From the NCBI GenBank assembly GCA_963845755.1, contig CAWJTV010000023.1:1-64000 (forward strand): a stretch of 64,000 bases of DNA. The letters run 5' to 3'. The translations under genes and the position numbers were made by a program. Each line of letters begins with the position of its first letter. Position 1 is the first letter of the stretch. The notes under the pieces are model-generated. The model saw nothing but the letters and a program-made list of their open reading frames with translations. It was not told the DNA's origin and ran no database searches. This document shows, in pieces, positions 22,133 to 31,561 of this stretch. The stretch comes from an uncultured Planctomycetota bacterium (lineage in GTDB: Bacteria > Planctomycetota > Planctomycetia > Isosphaerales > Isosphaeraceae).

Positions 22133-23182
22133 TCACTGATTGCGAAGGTTGACTGGTCGTACATCAGAGCCGACGGCCGCCATGAGTCCGAGGACTCGCT
22201 GGTGTAGGTCGAGATCGCGGATCCATCGAATGGGGAGCTCCGAGTAAGAGCGGCGTAACTCGCACGCGGCAAGGACGGCCAGCTCGAGGTCCCCCTGCAG
22301 GCTGAGGCCCTCCACCGGTGCGGGAACCGCCTCCCGGTCTCGCTTCATTTCCGGTCCCGACACCGTTTCCAGCAATGGTGAGGACCATACCCCGTGGCGC
22401 TCGTTTCCGGGCAGGTAGACTGGCTGCTCGAGTGTAATCGGGCGTCGCAGCATCAACCCCGAGACGTACGGGGTCGCGAGGGCGGTCAGAGGATATCGGT
22501 TCAGATGCTCCCAGTCGCCGATCCGGACCGGCTCGGAAAGCGGCATCTTCTGGGACCGAAACGCCTTTTCCGTCAGCTCGAGGCAGTAGAGCGCGGCGTC
22601 GTCGAGGCGGAACTCGTAGTCGAACGACACCTGCTGCTCGAACATCTTACGGCAGTAGCCGATCACGCCGGGAATGCGGCGGCGGTACTCGGACTTCAAT
22701 CGTTTGACGCCCGGGGATCCGACGCATTCGAGCATCCAGACCTCGATCGGCAGTCGCCGGATCCCCTCTGACGAGCAATCGTAGACGACGGGAGATCCCT
22801 GCTCGATCGCGACGATCCCGGCATGCGAGAACGGGCTTCCTGTCGCCTTGGCGATGAGAAGGCTCAGAGGAAAGATGCCGCGCAGGGTCCTGGCATCGCC
22901 GAGCCGGAAGACGATGTCTCCCTCACGAAGTACCCTCCGCCCCCAGCGGCGCCACCGGGCCATCGCCGGGGTCATGGGCAGCGGCGAGAGCTCTCCGGCC
23001 AAGCGAGCACGGCTCGCGGTCGGGCCCCAATAATTGCCTGACCAGGCGGGCGGTTTCAGCCACTCGATCGCGTCCTCCGCTTCCCTCTCATAGGTCGAGA
23101 GCGCGATCACGTAACAGCAGAGCCAAAGCAAAGCCAGTCTCCTGGTGAGTCTCAGAAGATGTGCCAACGCGTCCTGCACCAT
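22133..23182 (-). CDS. Permuted papain-like amidase (YiiX/YebB-like NlpC/P60)
   Basis: GDIVFR, FSHAGIV (His) before FDYEF..LYCLEL (Cys): permuted catalytic order. Confidence 0.75.
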   Translation of the reverse strand: MVQDALAHLLRLTRRLALLWLCCYVIALSTYEREAEDAIEWLKPPAWSGNYWGPTASRARLAGELSPLPMTPAMARWRRWGRRVLREGDIVFRLGDARTLRGIFPLSLLIAKATGSPFSHAGIVAIEQGSPVVYDCSSEGIRRLPIEVWMLECVGSPGVKRLKSEYRRRIPGVIGYCRKMFEQQVSFDYEFRLDDAALYCLELTEKAFRSQKMPLSEPVRIGDWEHLNRYPLTALATPYVSGLMLRRPITLEQPVYLPGNERHGVWSSPLLETVSGPEMKRDREAVPAPVEGLSLQGDLELAVLAACELRRSYSELPIRWIRDLDLHQRVLGLMAAVGSDVRPVNLRNQ

Positions 23183-23292
23183 CCCAAGACGTCATCTCGT
23201 TCCAGGGAGACTTCCGTGTGGAGCACGGGCTTCGGCGTCGTCCGCGAAGGGCGTGCTCGGGGGTTCTTCTCTGAACTGAGACGGTCACACCA

Positions 23293-23355
23293 ATCGGCGG
23301 ACAGCCGACGTGGACGAACGTCATCCTGCCGTCGAGGATCGGCGGACAGCCGACG
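23293..23355 (+). repeat. 18-bp direct repeat pair
   Basis: ATCGGCGGACAGCCGACG at 23293 and 23338. Confidence 0.6.
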
Positions 23356-23589
23356 ACAAGCATAATGTAATATAACATGAGTCTATTCATTTCACAAGGC
23401 GACGTCACTCAATTCCCGACCGATTGACGGGCGACCATCACCTCTGACGCGATCAAGGACTTCCCACGGATCGCGACGACGATAATGCCGAAAGTCCTGC
23501 TCTTGCCTCGCGAGCCCGGCCAGTCACTCTTCGGAACTGGGTCACTATTCGGTCGAATGTTGTCCGCGGCGCGGTCTGCTTCGCGCCTC

Positions 23590-23780
23590 CAGGTGTCTTC
23601 CAGTCGCGGACTTCGGGCATGTCGTCGCCGTGCTGGGCGATCTGGTTGTTGTGGTCGATCCGCTTCTCGCGGATCGGCTCCTGGGCGTATACTGCCCGCT
23701 CGCACAGCCTGGGCAAGCGGTCAATCAAATCGCTCACCGAGTTGAATCGGTCGAGCTGGTTGAGCACCGCCAGGTCCCCT
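23590..23780 (-). pseudogene. xfp: Phosphoketolase (Xfp) C-terminal remnant
   Basis: DLAVLNQLDRF..SDLIDRLPRL...HGDDMPEVRDWK resembles the Xfp C-terminus; rest of gene absent. Confidence 0.65.
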
Positions 23781-23846
23781 CAGGCGATCCCGATGGGGTT
23801 CAGGAGGCGACGCCGGCGGGTTCGGGTGTTGAACTATTCAGGGCAC

Positions 23847-25494
23847 TCAGCCCTTGGGCCGTCCACCACGCTTCGGCGCGGTTGCGCCCCATTCGGAGAC
23901 CGAAGTGCAGGCGGCCAGAGCCTCGCCGAGGGCCCTGACGCTGGGAAAACGTTCCCCGCGCTTCTTGGCCAGGCAGCGGAGGACCACGCGCTCCAGGTCT
24001 TCGGGTAAGCCCGGAACGATTTGCGAAGGGGGCGCGACGGGATCGCGGGCGTGGGCCATCATGACCTCGAACGCACTCTCGCCCGTGAATGGCGGCCGGC
24101 CCGTCAGCGCGTAATAGAGCATCGCGCCAACCGCGTAGATGTCGGCGCGGGCGTCGAGCGATCGGTCCCCGACGGCCTGTTCGGGCGCCATGTACATCGG
24201 AGTACCGCTGACGGTCAGCTCGCTCGACAACTCGGGGGCGCCCGGGTCTCGGGTTAGTTTGACCAGGCCGAAGTCCAGCACCTTGACCACATCAGCCTCG
24301 CCGCCACGGACCGCAATGAACAGGTTGGCAGGTTTCAGGTCCCGGTGCACCAATCCCAGATCATGAGCCTCGGCCAGACCCGCGCAGACCTGGCGGAACA
24401 GGTAGATCACGCGCCGGGAGGCAGGGGACCGTTCTGTCGAACCAGGTCGGCCAGGCTCAGGCCCTGGAGGTATTCCATCACGTAGTAGAACGTCCCGTCG
24501 CCGGCATAGCCGTAGTCGAAGATCTCGATCGTATTGGGGTGTGAGAGCCGGGCGGCCGCCTGGACCTCGCGTTCGAACCGCGCCAGAGCGACCGGGTCGG
24601 TCCCCGCCTCGGGCTTGATCAGCTTCAGGGCGCAGGGACGCTTCAGCAACTGATGCTCGGCGAGGAAGACGACCCCCATGCCCCCTTCGCCCAGCTTTCG
24701 CACCAGTTGATAGTGGCCGTACTTGCGGGCCTCATGCAGCTCCGTGCGAAGGCCGTTGAGGACATACGACCCGTAGATCGCCAGCGCCGCACCGATCAAC
24801 AGAAAGACGACGTTCGACCCGGAGTGCTCGGCCGTCCGGATCTGCTCGACCACCGATTGGACCTCGGGGTGTTCCAAGAACAGCACCAGGGAGATCACCA
24901 GGACCAAGGCCATTGTCAGGACGACCTTCGCCGTCCTCCTCGGATCGTTGGGGATGAACATCCCGTAGATGATCATCGTGAGGACCATTCCGAAGATGCC
25001 GTTCTTCACGGATGAGATCACGCCGAGTACATCACCCTGGCGCAACAGGTCGAGATTCACCGTGTACTGGGTGACGGCCAGGATGATCGTGACGCTTCCG
25101 AACAGGACGTACTCGGCGGCGTACACCTGGCCTCGCGTCAAGTCAACGCGACTCAGGAGCAGGCCCGCGACCGCCGCCGCGATGGCGAACCGCAGGCCGC
25201 CGCTCGTGGCCAGGGTGTACCAGGAGGAGGCCTCAAGGCCGGAACCGAAGATCCTCCAGATCAGCACGACGCCGTAAGCCAGGGCGAGGAACAGCGCGGC
25301 TGCGGCAATCCGGTTGCGCCGCAGCGAGTGAATCTCACCCGCAAGGCTCGCGAGGCTTCCTTCGTCCGGCGCCGGGCGCGGCTCGAAGCGTTGCCCAGGG
25401 TGGACCAGGGCTCGGCCACACCCACGGTGAGGGTGGGCTCCAGCTCGATCACTTCGGCGTCCGGCAGTACTTCTTGAATCGGAGACGTAGACAT
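23847..25494 (-). CDS. Membrane Ser/Thr protein kinase (N-terminal TM region), frameshifts near 25410 and 24410
   Basis: LGEGGMGVV, ALKLI, HPNTI, HRDLKPAN, DFGLVK, GTPMYMAPE, DIYAVG. Confidence 0.88.
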
Positions 25495-25556
25495 GAGGCG
25501 ATCTCGGGGTTTCCTTCGTCGATCGAGTCGGGTTTCGTATGGCGTCGGTGGGTGTA

Positions 25557-26590
25557 TCAGGGTTGTTTCTGCGCCTCCTCGATCGTCGCGCAGGCGCGCT
25601 CGCCGACATCCTTGATGAGTCCGCGGATTGCGTTCGAGGGTGTCTGGGTCGGACCACCCTCCGTCGCCGGCGGCTTGGCCGCGCCGCCGGCCGACGGCGA
25701 TCCTAGCCCCTTGAGCTTTTCCTGGGCCTGTGCGCCGAGCTTCTCGAGGTCGAGCCTCTTGGCCTTGTCGGCCACCCTCTCCACCTCGCTCTTGATATCC
25801 GTTTCAAGGGCCTCTGCGCCGGAACGGAGGCGCGCGCCGAGGCTCCCCTTGGCGGCCTTCCCGGTCGAGAGCCAGGGGATGAAGGTGAACGCCAGGATCA
25901 CCAGGCCGATCGTCAGCAACGGTTCGAGCACGCGCGGAACGGCTTTTTCATCTTGCTCAGATTGATCCCATCACGGAACGGAACAACGCTCAAATTGGCG
26001 ACCCCGGCGATCAGCCTCCCGACGTTGAGCAGGACGACCACGGTCGCGCCGAACAACGCCATCGGCCGATTCCTCACGGCGGCGCCGAGCAGCAAGATCA
26101 TCAGGAATGGGACGGAGAGCAGATACGCGGCCTCGTTGATCCTGCGGAAGAGCTTCTGAATGCCGCCGAGTTCCCGCCTCCAGAGCCTCAGGACGATGTT
26201 GTCCTGCACACGAACTCGCGCACGTGTCTCGACCAGGGGTTTGGCCAGGACGTAGGGCTTGGAATCCTCGGCGTCGTCGAGCGGCGACGGCTTGCTCGGG
26301 CGGAGCGGCATCCGGTCAACCGTCAGCGGCGCCAGCCCTACCTTGCTGATCCCCGCCTTGAGCCAGGACCCGATCGATGCTCCTCCGTCCCCAGGACTCG
26401 TGGCCGATGGAACGCCGGCTCCCACCGCCGCCGCGGCCAGTACGGGCATCGCGACCATCGACGCGATCTCTTCGGCCCGGGGGATCGTCATGGCCTGGCT
26501 GCACTTCTTGCAGCGCCCTTTCTTCCCGGCCATTCGCGGGTCAACCTCGAACCGCGCGCCGCAGCTCTGGCAGAAAAACACGATGCCCAT
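25557..26590 (-). CDS. Zinc-ribbon membrane protein, frameshift near 25935
   Basis: MGIVFFCQSCG...GRCKKC; TM helices continue in ORF 25557-25931. Confidence 0.7.
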
Positions 26591-26671
26591 CAGGCCCTTC
26601 CCTTCGTCATAACCAGACCGCGGGCGCCTCCGCACCGCGAGGCGGCCCGCTGCCCGCACGGTCCCATCCCA

Positions 26672-27028
26672 CTAGAACAGGACGACGAGCAAACCCAGCA
26701 GGAGCAGGGTCCAGAAGATCACACCCTCGTCGAACTTCGCCATCAGCCAGAAGTACAGGGTGGACAGAATCAACGTCTCTCCGACCCAGACCAGCCAAGG
26801 GGAGACACCTACGGTCGAGGCGATCTGGTTCTGCCACGGCGGCCAGCGAATATCATCCCGCCAGCCAAATATGAATACATAACTGAGAAACGCAACGCCC
26901 GCCGTATAGAGTAATCCCAGGAATAGCCAATGGTCCTTCATCGTATCAAACTTGATCTGGATGCGGACCAGGCTGTAAAAAAAGACGATTTTCATGAAGA
27001 AGTAATAGGTGAGAATGCCGGCTAACAT
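26672..27028 (-). CDS. Small hypothetical membrane protein (about 4 TM)
   Basis: Strongly hydrophobic ORF, co-oriented with the downstream genes. Confidence 0.7.
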   Translation of the reverse strand: MLAGILTYYFFMKIVFFYSLVRIQIKFDTMKDHWLFLGLLYTAGVAFLSYVFIFGWRDDIRWPPWQNQIASTVGVSPWLVWVGETLILSTLYFWLMAKFDEGVIFWTLLLLGLLVVLF

Positions 27029-27529
27029 CAGAGGCTTCCTCGGGTAGGGTGATGCTGAGGGACGGTTAGAACGGGGGACCAGGGTTCGAACCTACCCGGA
27101 GGTCATGGCTCGGACGTGGATCGTGCTGATCGTACCGGGACGAGAGGAGGTACGGGACATTCGAGCGCGGCAATCATTGCCGCGGGTCGAGGGATCATCC
27201 GACAGCGGATGGTTCCCTGGTTTCGGGCGTCAGAGACTGGAACGCACAAAAACACGATCCCGCAAAATCCGCATTACGGGGCGACATCCACCAGGCTCCC
27301 CGATCGCCAGTCTTGACTTTCCCGAAGCGCGCAGGATAACCAATCCACGACCCCTCTTCAAGCACGCTCTCCTTCTGGAACGGCATCCCTGGTTTGCCGT
27401 TCCAGAAAAACGGGCTGTCGAGATTTCGAAAGGAAGCCCATCGTTTTTCTGATAGAGGCCTCGTCGAATTTGATGCTATTATTGAGAACCTTTTCCGAGA
27501 ATCCTGAATAGACCTATCGGGACAGAAAA

Positions 27530-27864
27530 ATGCAGACCGAATCCGTAGGTTCGACGGGCTCCGACCCCCTGAAGGCCGTAGCCGATGCGCTGGACACGGC
27601 GGTCAAGGCGACGAAGGATGGAGCCGAGAAGGCGCGGCGCGTCGGCCACGAACGCCATGCCCGCCGCCGGAGAGTTTCTGACACAGGCCGCCTACAAAAC
27701 CTGTTACGGGATCTCGTTCGGGGTCGTTTTTCCTACGATGTTGCTCGTGCCGCGCGATCCCCAAGGACAATGCCGCCGTTCACGGACTCATCGATGGTGC
27801 CCAAGCGGCGTGCGACCTGGTCAAAGAGATGAAAGCCAAGTCGGCGCCTGGCGAACCTCATTAG
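27530..27864 (+). CDS. Small helical/membrane protein, paralog of 30766-31089 (frameshifts near 27640 and 27750)
   Basis: STGSDPLKAVADALD, QAAYKTCYGISFGVVFPTML and HGLIDGA read in successive frames and match the intact paralog. Confidence 0.8.
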
Positions 27865-28197
27865 GCCGGGACTCGAGACTGAGCGAGCCGAACAAGTCCG
27901 CGCATTACGAAATCGCACTTATGAACGCCCGTACTCTATCCGTCTCGTTCCCTCCGGGAGCACTTGCATGATGCAAGAGTCTGAGCAATCAGACTTGCGC
28001 GATAATTTGCGGATCAGGCATGATTTGCAGATCGTGTTGTCGATTCTCTCTATAAGCTTTACGCCGACCAAAACCAGGTCTCCAGTGAACCTTCGTGCAC
28101 TCAGCAAGTCGTCAAAGGCGGTGGCGCGGGCGTAGACGGTTGGTCCGGCAACACCGAGAGTGATTGTCCCAGCCAGACATCATGTCTTTGCAATCGA

Positions 28198-29160
28198 GTG
28201 GTCGCCGCCCCTCTTTCGAGTTCGGGCAGTATTCTGGCGGATGCCGACGCCGGGCGACTCACGACCGGTTCAGCCAACCCCAGGTTGGGCGACTTGAGCG
28301 CGATTCTCCGCAACCGCATCGACGGGACAGTTGGCGCGGGTGAGGAACCACAGTTCAACTATCCCGACATCCATTCCGATCCGGCGAAAACCTATCACGA
28401 TCGCTTTGGTCTCGATGAGGATCATGACCGCTTCTTCTTCCCATGGGTCATGAACTTGATATTCGACGACCGATGGCTGCTCGCGGAAAGCGACCCCAAG
28501 ACGGCGCTTCAGAACCAGTACCGACGCCGGATGAAGATCGACCTCCGCGACCCAGACCCCGACACCGCCAACTTCCCCAATGGTGCACACCCTCCCCAAG
28601 AGTCGGCTCTACATCTCGATCTGCGATCCTCAGAGGTGCGCGCACAGCACGGCGAGCCTACGGTGGTCGCATCTACTTGACCGAAGCCCTGCGGGGTAAA
28701 CTGGAAACCGGTCATCTCGGTTCAGGGTTGACCCGCGACTCCTCGAGGCGCCGGAGCTGGTGAGGGGAACGCGTCGCGGTTCATTCGACTTCGACTTCGG
28801 AACGGTCGGCGGCATCGCCATGAAGATGGCGGCGATCACCGCGCTGGCCAAGGGAGGGGCCTGATGGATTCTCTTTCCCTTCTTCAGCATCATGGCCGAG
28901 CTCACCGTGATGATCGTATGGTTCTTCGTGCTCTTCGATCTGAGCAAGTGCCAGACCTACGTGATCGTTCTGCTGAATTCCGTCGTGCTCTTCGGGGCGA
29001 ATTTTTTGATGGCCAATTACATCAATAATCCCCGTTCTTTCGGATCGAGGCCCGGGGCCCAAATCTCCGAGACGCGAATCGGCCTGCCGAATCCTCCCGT
29101 GGTCCTATGCGACGACCGAGAAAGGGGAAGTTGGCGACAATCATCGATCACGGAATTATG
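28198..29160 (+). CDS. Hypothetical protein with C-terminal TM helices, apparently multiply frameshifted; ends uncertain
   Basis: Coding-like segments in successive frames: NYPDIH..., GRIYLTEAL..., FDFGTVGGIAMKMAAITAL..., VWFFVLFDL... Confidence 0.4.
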
Positions 29161-29309
29161 CGCCAATGAGACGATCGGCGATCAAGCGATTGGTCTCGGT
29201 CGATGCCGATATGGTCTGAACGTTTCCATGGATGGGATCAGCGAGGGGACAATCGAGGGACTGGCCACGTTGACCGGTCGTGTTCCAAGCTTCTTGGAGG
29301 AGATCTGCG

Positions 29310-30440
29310 ATGACTCGAAAGATTCGTTTGGCAATCGTGACCATGGCCTTCTTGGCGACCTGGGGCAAGGCTCATGCCCAGTACGGATACGGGGGCTATG
29401 GATGGGGCAGGTGGGGCGGCTCGACGCCCGGGAGCAGTATGGCCCGTGGTATGGGCATGCTCAACATGGGTGCCGGTTTCTATAACGAACGCACCGCCAT
29501 GGCCCGATCGATGAACACCACCACCGCCATGAGATGGAACAACTACGTCTACCGAGCGCAAATGGGGGCCGCCAGCACGCACGCGGCTCGCGTTCAAGCC
29601 AGGAAGGCCCGAACGATCAGGGACGTGGCCGGGATTCAGGACCGGCTGCGCAACCACCCCAATCAACTGGACATTACCGACGGGGACGCCCTGAATGTCC
29701 TGCTCGACATCCTGCTCAATCCGGCGAGCGCCGACCGTTCGCTCCAGACGATCAAGACTCCGCTCCGACCCGAGGCCATTCGCGACATCCCGTTCGAATA
29801 CGCTTCCGAATGCATGACAGTCTGCCTGAATCGGATGACGATGGACGGACAATGGCCCCTGGCCCTGCGGACCGACGCCTTCCGTCCGGAACGCGACGCG
29901 CTCAATAAGGCCACTGCTGCTGCGCTTGAGGAAGACAAGGTGGGGAACCTCGAACCCGACACGATCCAGGCCGTTCAGACAGCGATCGACAGCCTCCGTC
30001 ACAAAATCGAAAGTGTCGTCCCGCAGAACAGCCCCGCCTACATCGAATCCCAAGAAACGATCAAGGCGATGAACGGCCTGACCAGGATGCTCTACAGCCC
30101 CGATATGGAGAAGATCATCGCCCAACTGGAAGACTACCAGGGCACGAACCTGGGCGATCTGCTCGGCTTCATGCAAGCCTTCAACCTCCGGTTCGCCCCG
30201 GCCAACTCGTATCGACAGCGGCAGATCTATATGAAGCTCTATCCGATGCTGGCCGAGCAGGCCAATGGTAGTTCGCTCGATGCCGCCGGCGGCGACGTGA
30301 ACGCGGTCGCGTCGGATGCCGTCAAGGGCGTCGAGAAGGAGGGTGGCGCGGCCGTTGGCGCCGTCGAGCACGCAGGCGGCGACGCGATCGATGGGCTGAA
30401 ATCGGCGGCCATCGGTCTCTTCAAGGGCATGAAGTGGTGA
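29310..30440 (+). CDS. Secreted hypothetical protein (Gly/Tyr-rich N-terminus, helical body)
   Basis: GGAGG RBS; signal peptide ending AHA-Q; YGYGGYGWG. Confidence 0.8.
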   Translation: MTRKIRLAIVTMAFLATWGKAHAQYGYGGYGWGRWGGSTPGSSMARGMGMLNMGAGFYNERTAMARSMNTTTAMRWNNYVYRAQMGAASTHAARVQARKARTIRDVAGIQDRLRNHPNQLDITDGDALNVLLDILLNPASADRSLQTIKTPLRPEAIRDIPFEYASECMTVCLNRMTMDGQWPLALRTDAFRPERDALNKATAAALEEDKVGNLEPDTIQAVQTAIDSLRHKIESVVPQNSPAYIESQETIKAMNGLTRMLYSPDMEKIIAQLEDYQGTNLGDLLGFMQAFNLRFAPANSYRQRQIYMKLYPMLAEQANGSSLDAAGGDVNAVASDAVKGVEKEGGAAVGAVEHAGGDAIDGLKSAAIGLFKGMKW

Positions 30441-30765
30441 TGCTCTCTCCGATCTTCTCACCATGACATCGCGGGGTGGGGTACGGAATCCCGGCGGGCG
30501 AGCGAGACTGTGACGATGCCTGCCGAGCACGAAGCCCAGTCCCTGTTCGTCTGATCTCGGATCGCGAGTCCTCATACACAGCCCGGGATGTCCGGACTGG
30601 CAGGGCAACCTCGTTGATCGGTCGATCGACGGCCATGTGTCACCAAACCCCCAATCATTAGATTTCGAAAAAGAAGAAAAGCATTCCGTGGAAGAATAAT
30701 CCGGCGAGATAGGATATACTCTTATCTGTCTCGGCTTGTGATGGTCTCACCAAATGAGGTACAGC

Positions 30766-31089
30766 ATGAAAACCGACCCCCTCGTCTCTACAGGCTCCGA
30801 CCCGCTCAAAGCCGTCGCGGATGCCCTGGACATGGCAGTCCACGCCACGAAGGGCGGGGTCGAGAGGGCACGGGCATCGGCAAGCGAGGCGATACCTGCC
30901 GCCACCCAGTTCCTGTCTCAGGCCGCCTACAAGACCTGTTACGGGATCTCGTTCGGCGTCGTCTTTCCGACGATGCTCATCGTCGGCTTGATCCCGAAGA
31001 ACAATTCCCTCTTTCACGGCTTCATCGACGGTGCCCATGCTGCGATCGACTCGGTGAACCAGATGAAGTCCAGGTCGGCGACTCTTTAG
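30766..31089 (+). CDS. Small helical/membrane protein with GxxxG (GISFG)
   Basis: GAGGT RBS; intact ORF; duplicated at 27530. Confidence 0.82.
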   Translation: MKTDPLVSTGSDPLKAVADALDMAVHATKGGVERARASASEAIPAATQFLSQAAYKTCYGISFGVVFPTMLIVGLIPKNNSLFHGFIDGAHAAIDSVNQMKSRSATL

Positions 31090-31298
31090 ACCGAGACGCC
31101 GGACCGCTCGCTGAGCCAGTGTCGATCCCAACGAGGCGAGCTGCATGCAGTTATGAGGGTTCTCGGAGTCCAGCGTCCGGAGGCGGAATTCCCCACGACC
31201 CGAGTCTCGGGGGCCTCTATGAAAAACAGAACCAACAGAAAACGTCGCCATAACTCCTTTAGCGGCATGAGGCGACGAAGCCGAAGTCAGTAATCCGA

Positions 31299-31414
31299 TT
31301 AAGAAACTGTCCGAGAAGCGGATCCGGGGTTTGTCGGGTGGGTGAAACCCACCAGAATCGGGACACTTCCTGGTGGGTTTCAACCACCCTACAAGATTCT
31401 CGGATAGTTCCTAA
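31299..31414. mobile_element. MITE-like element enclosing a REP doublet
   Basis: Terminal IRs AGAAACTGTCCGAGAA / TTCTCGGATAGTTCCT (14/16); internal GTCGGGTGGGTGAAACCCACCA / TGGTGGGTTTCAACCACCCTAC. Confidence 0.65.
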
Positions 31415-31561
31415 AGGTATTATTTATTCTCTCCCATCAATCATCATCCGCAATTCCTACAAGCCGGTGAAATCATCGTCCTGCGATTAAGTCGACTGGG
31501 AAGGATCCTCGTCCTCAGTGAAGATCACTCATCCATCCTGGTCCTTGCGAGCCTCCATCTG

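Noticed and set aside
23355..23385. GCATAATGTA resembling a dif site
   Set aside because: The XerD arm (TTATGTTAAAT) is absent
27040..27105. GGTTCGAACC T-loop-like motif suggesting a tRNA (for example tRNA-Sec)
   Set aside because: No acceptor, D or anticodon stems could be built around it
28678..28680. TGA ending ORF 28198-28680 as a second Sec codon
   Set aside because: No redox motif; coding signal shifts to another frame before the stop
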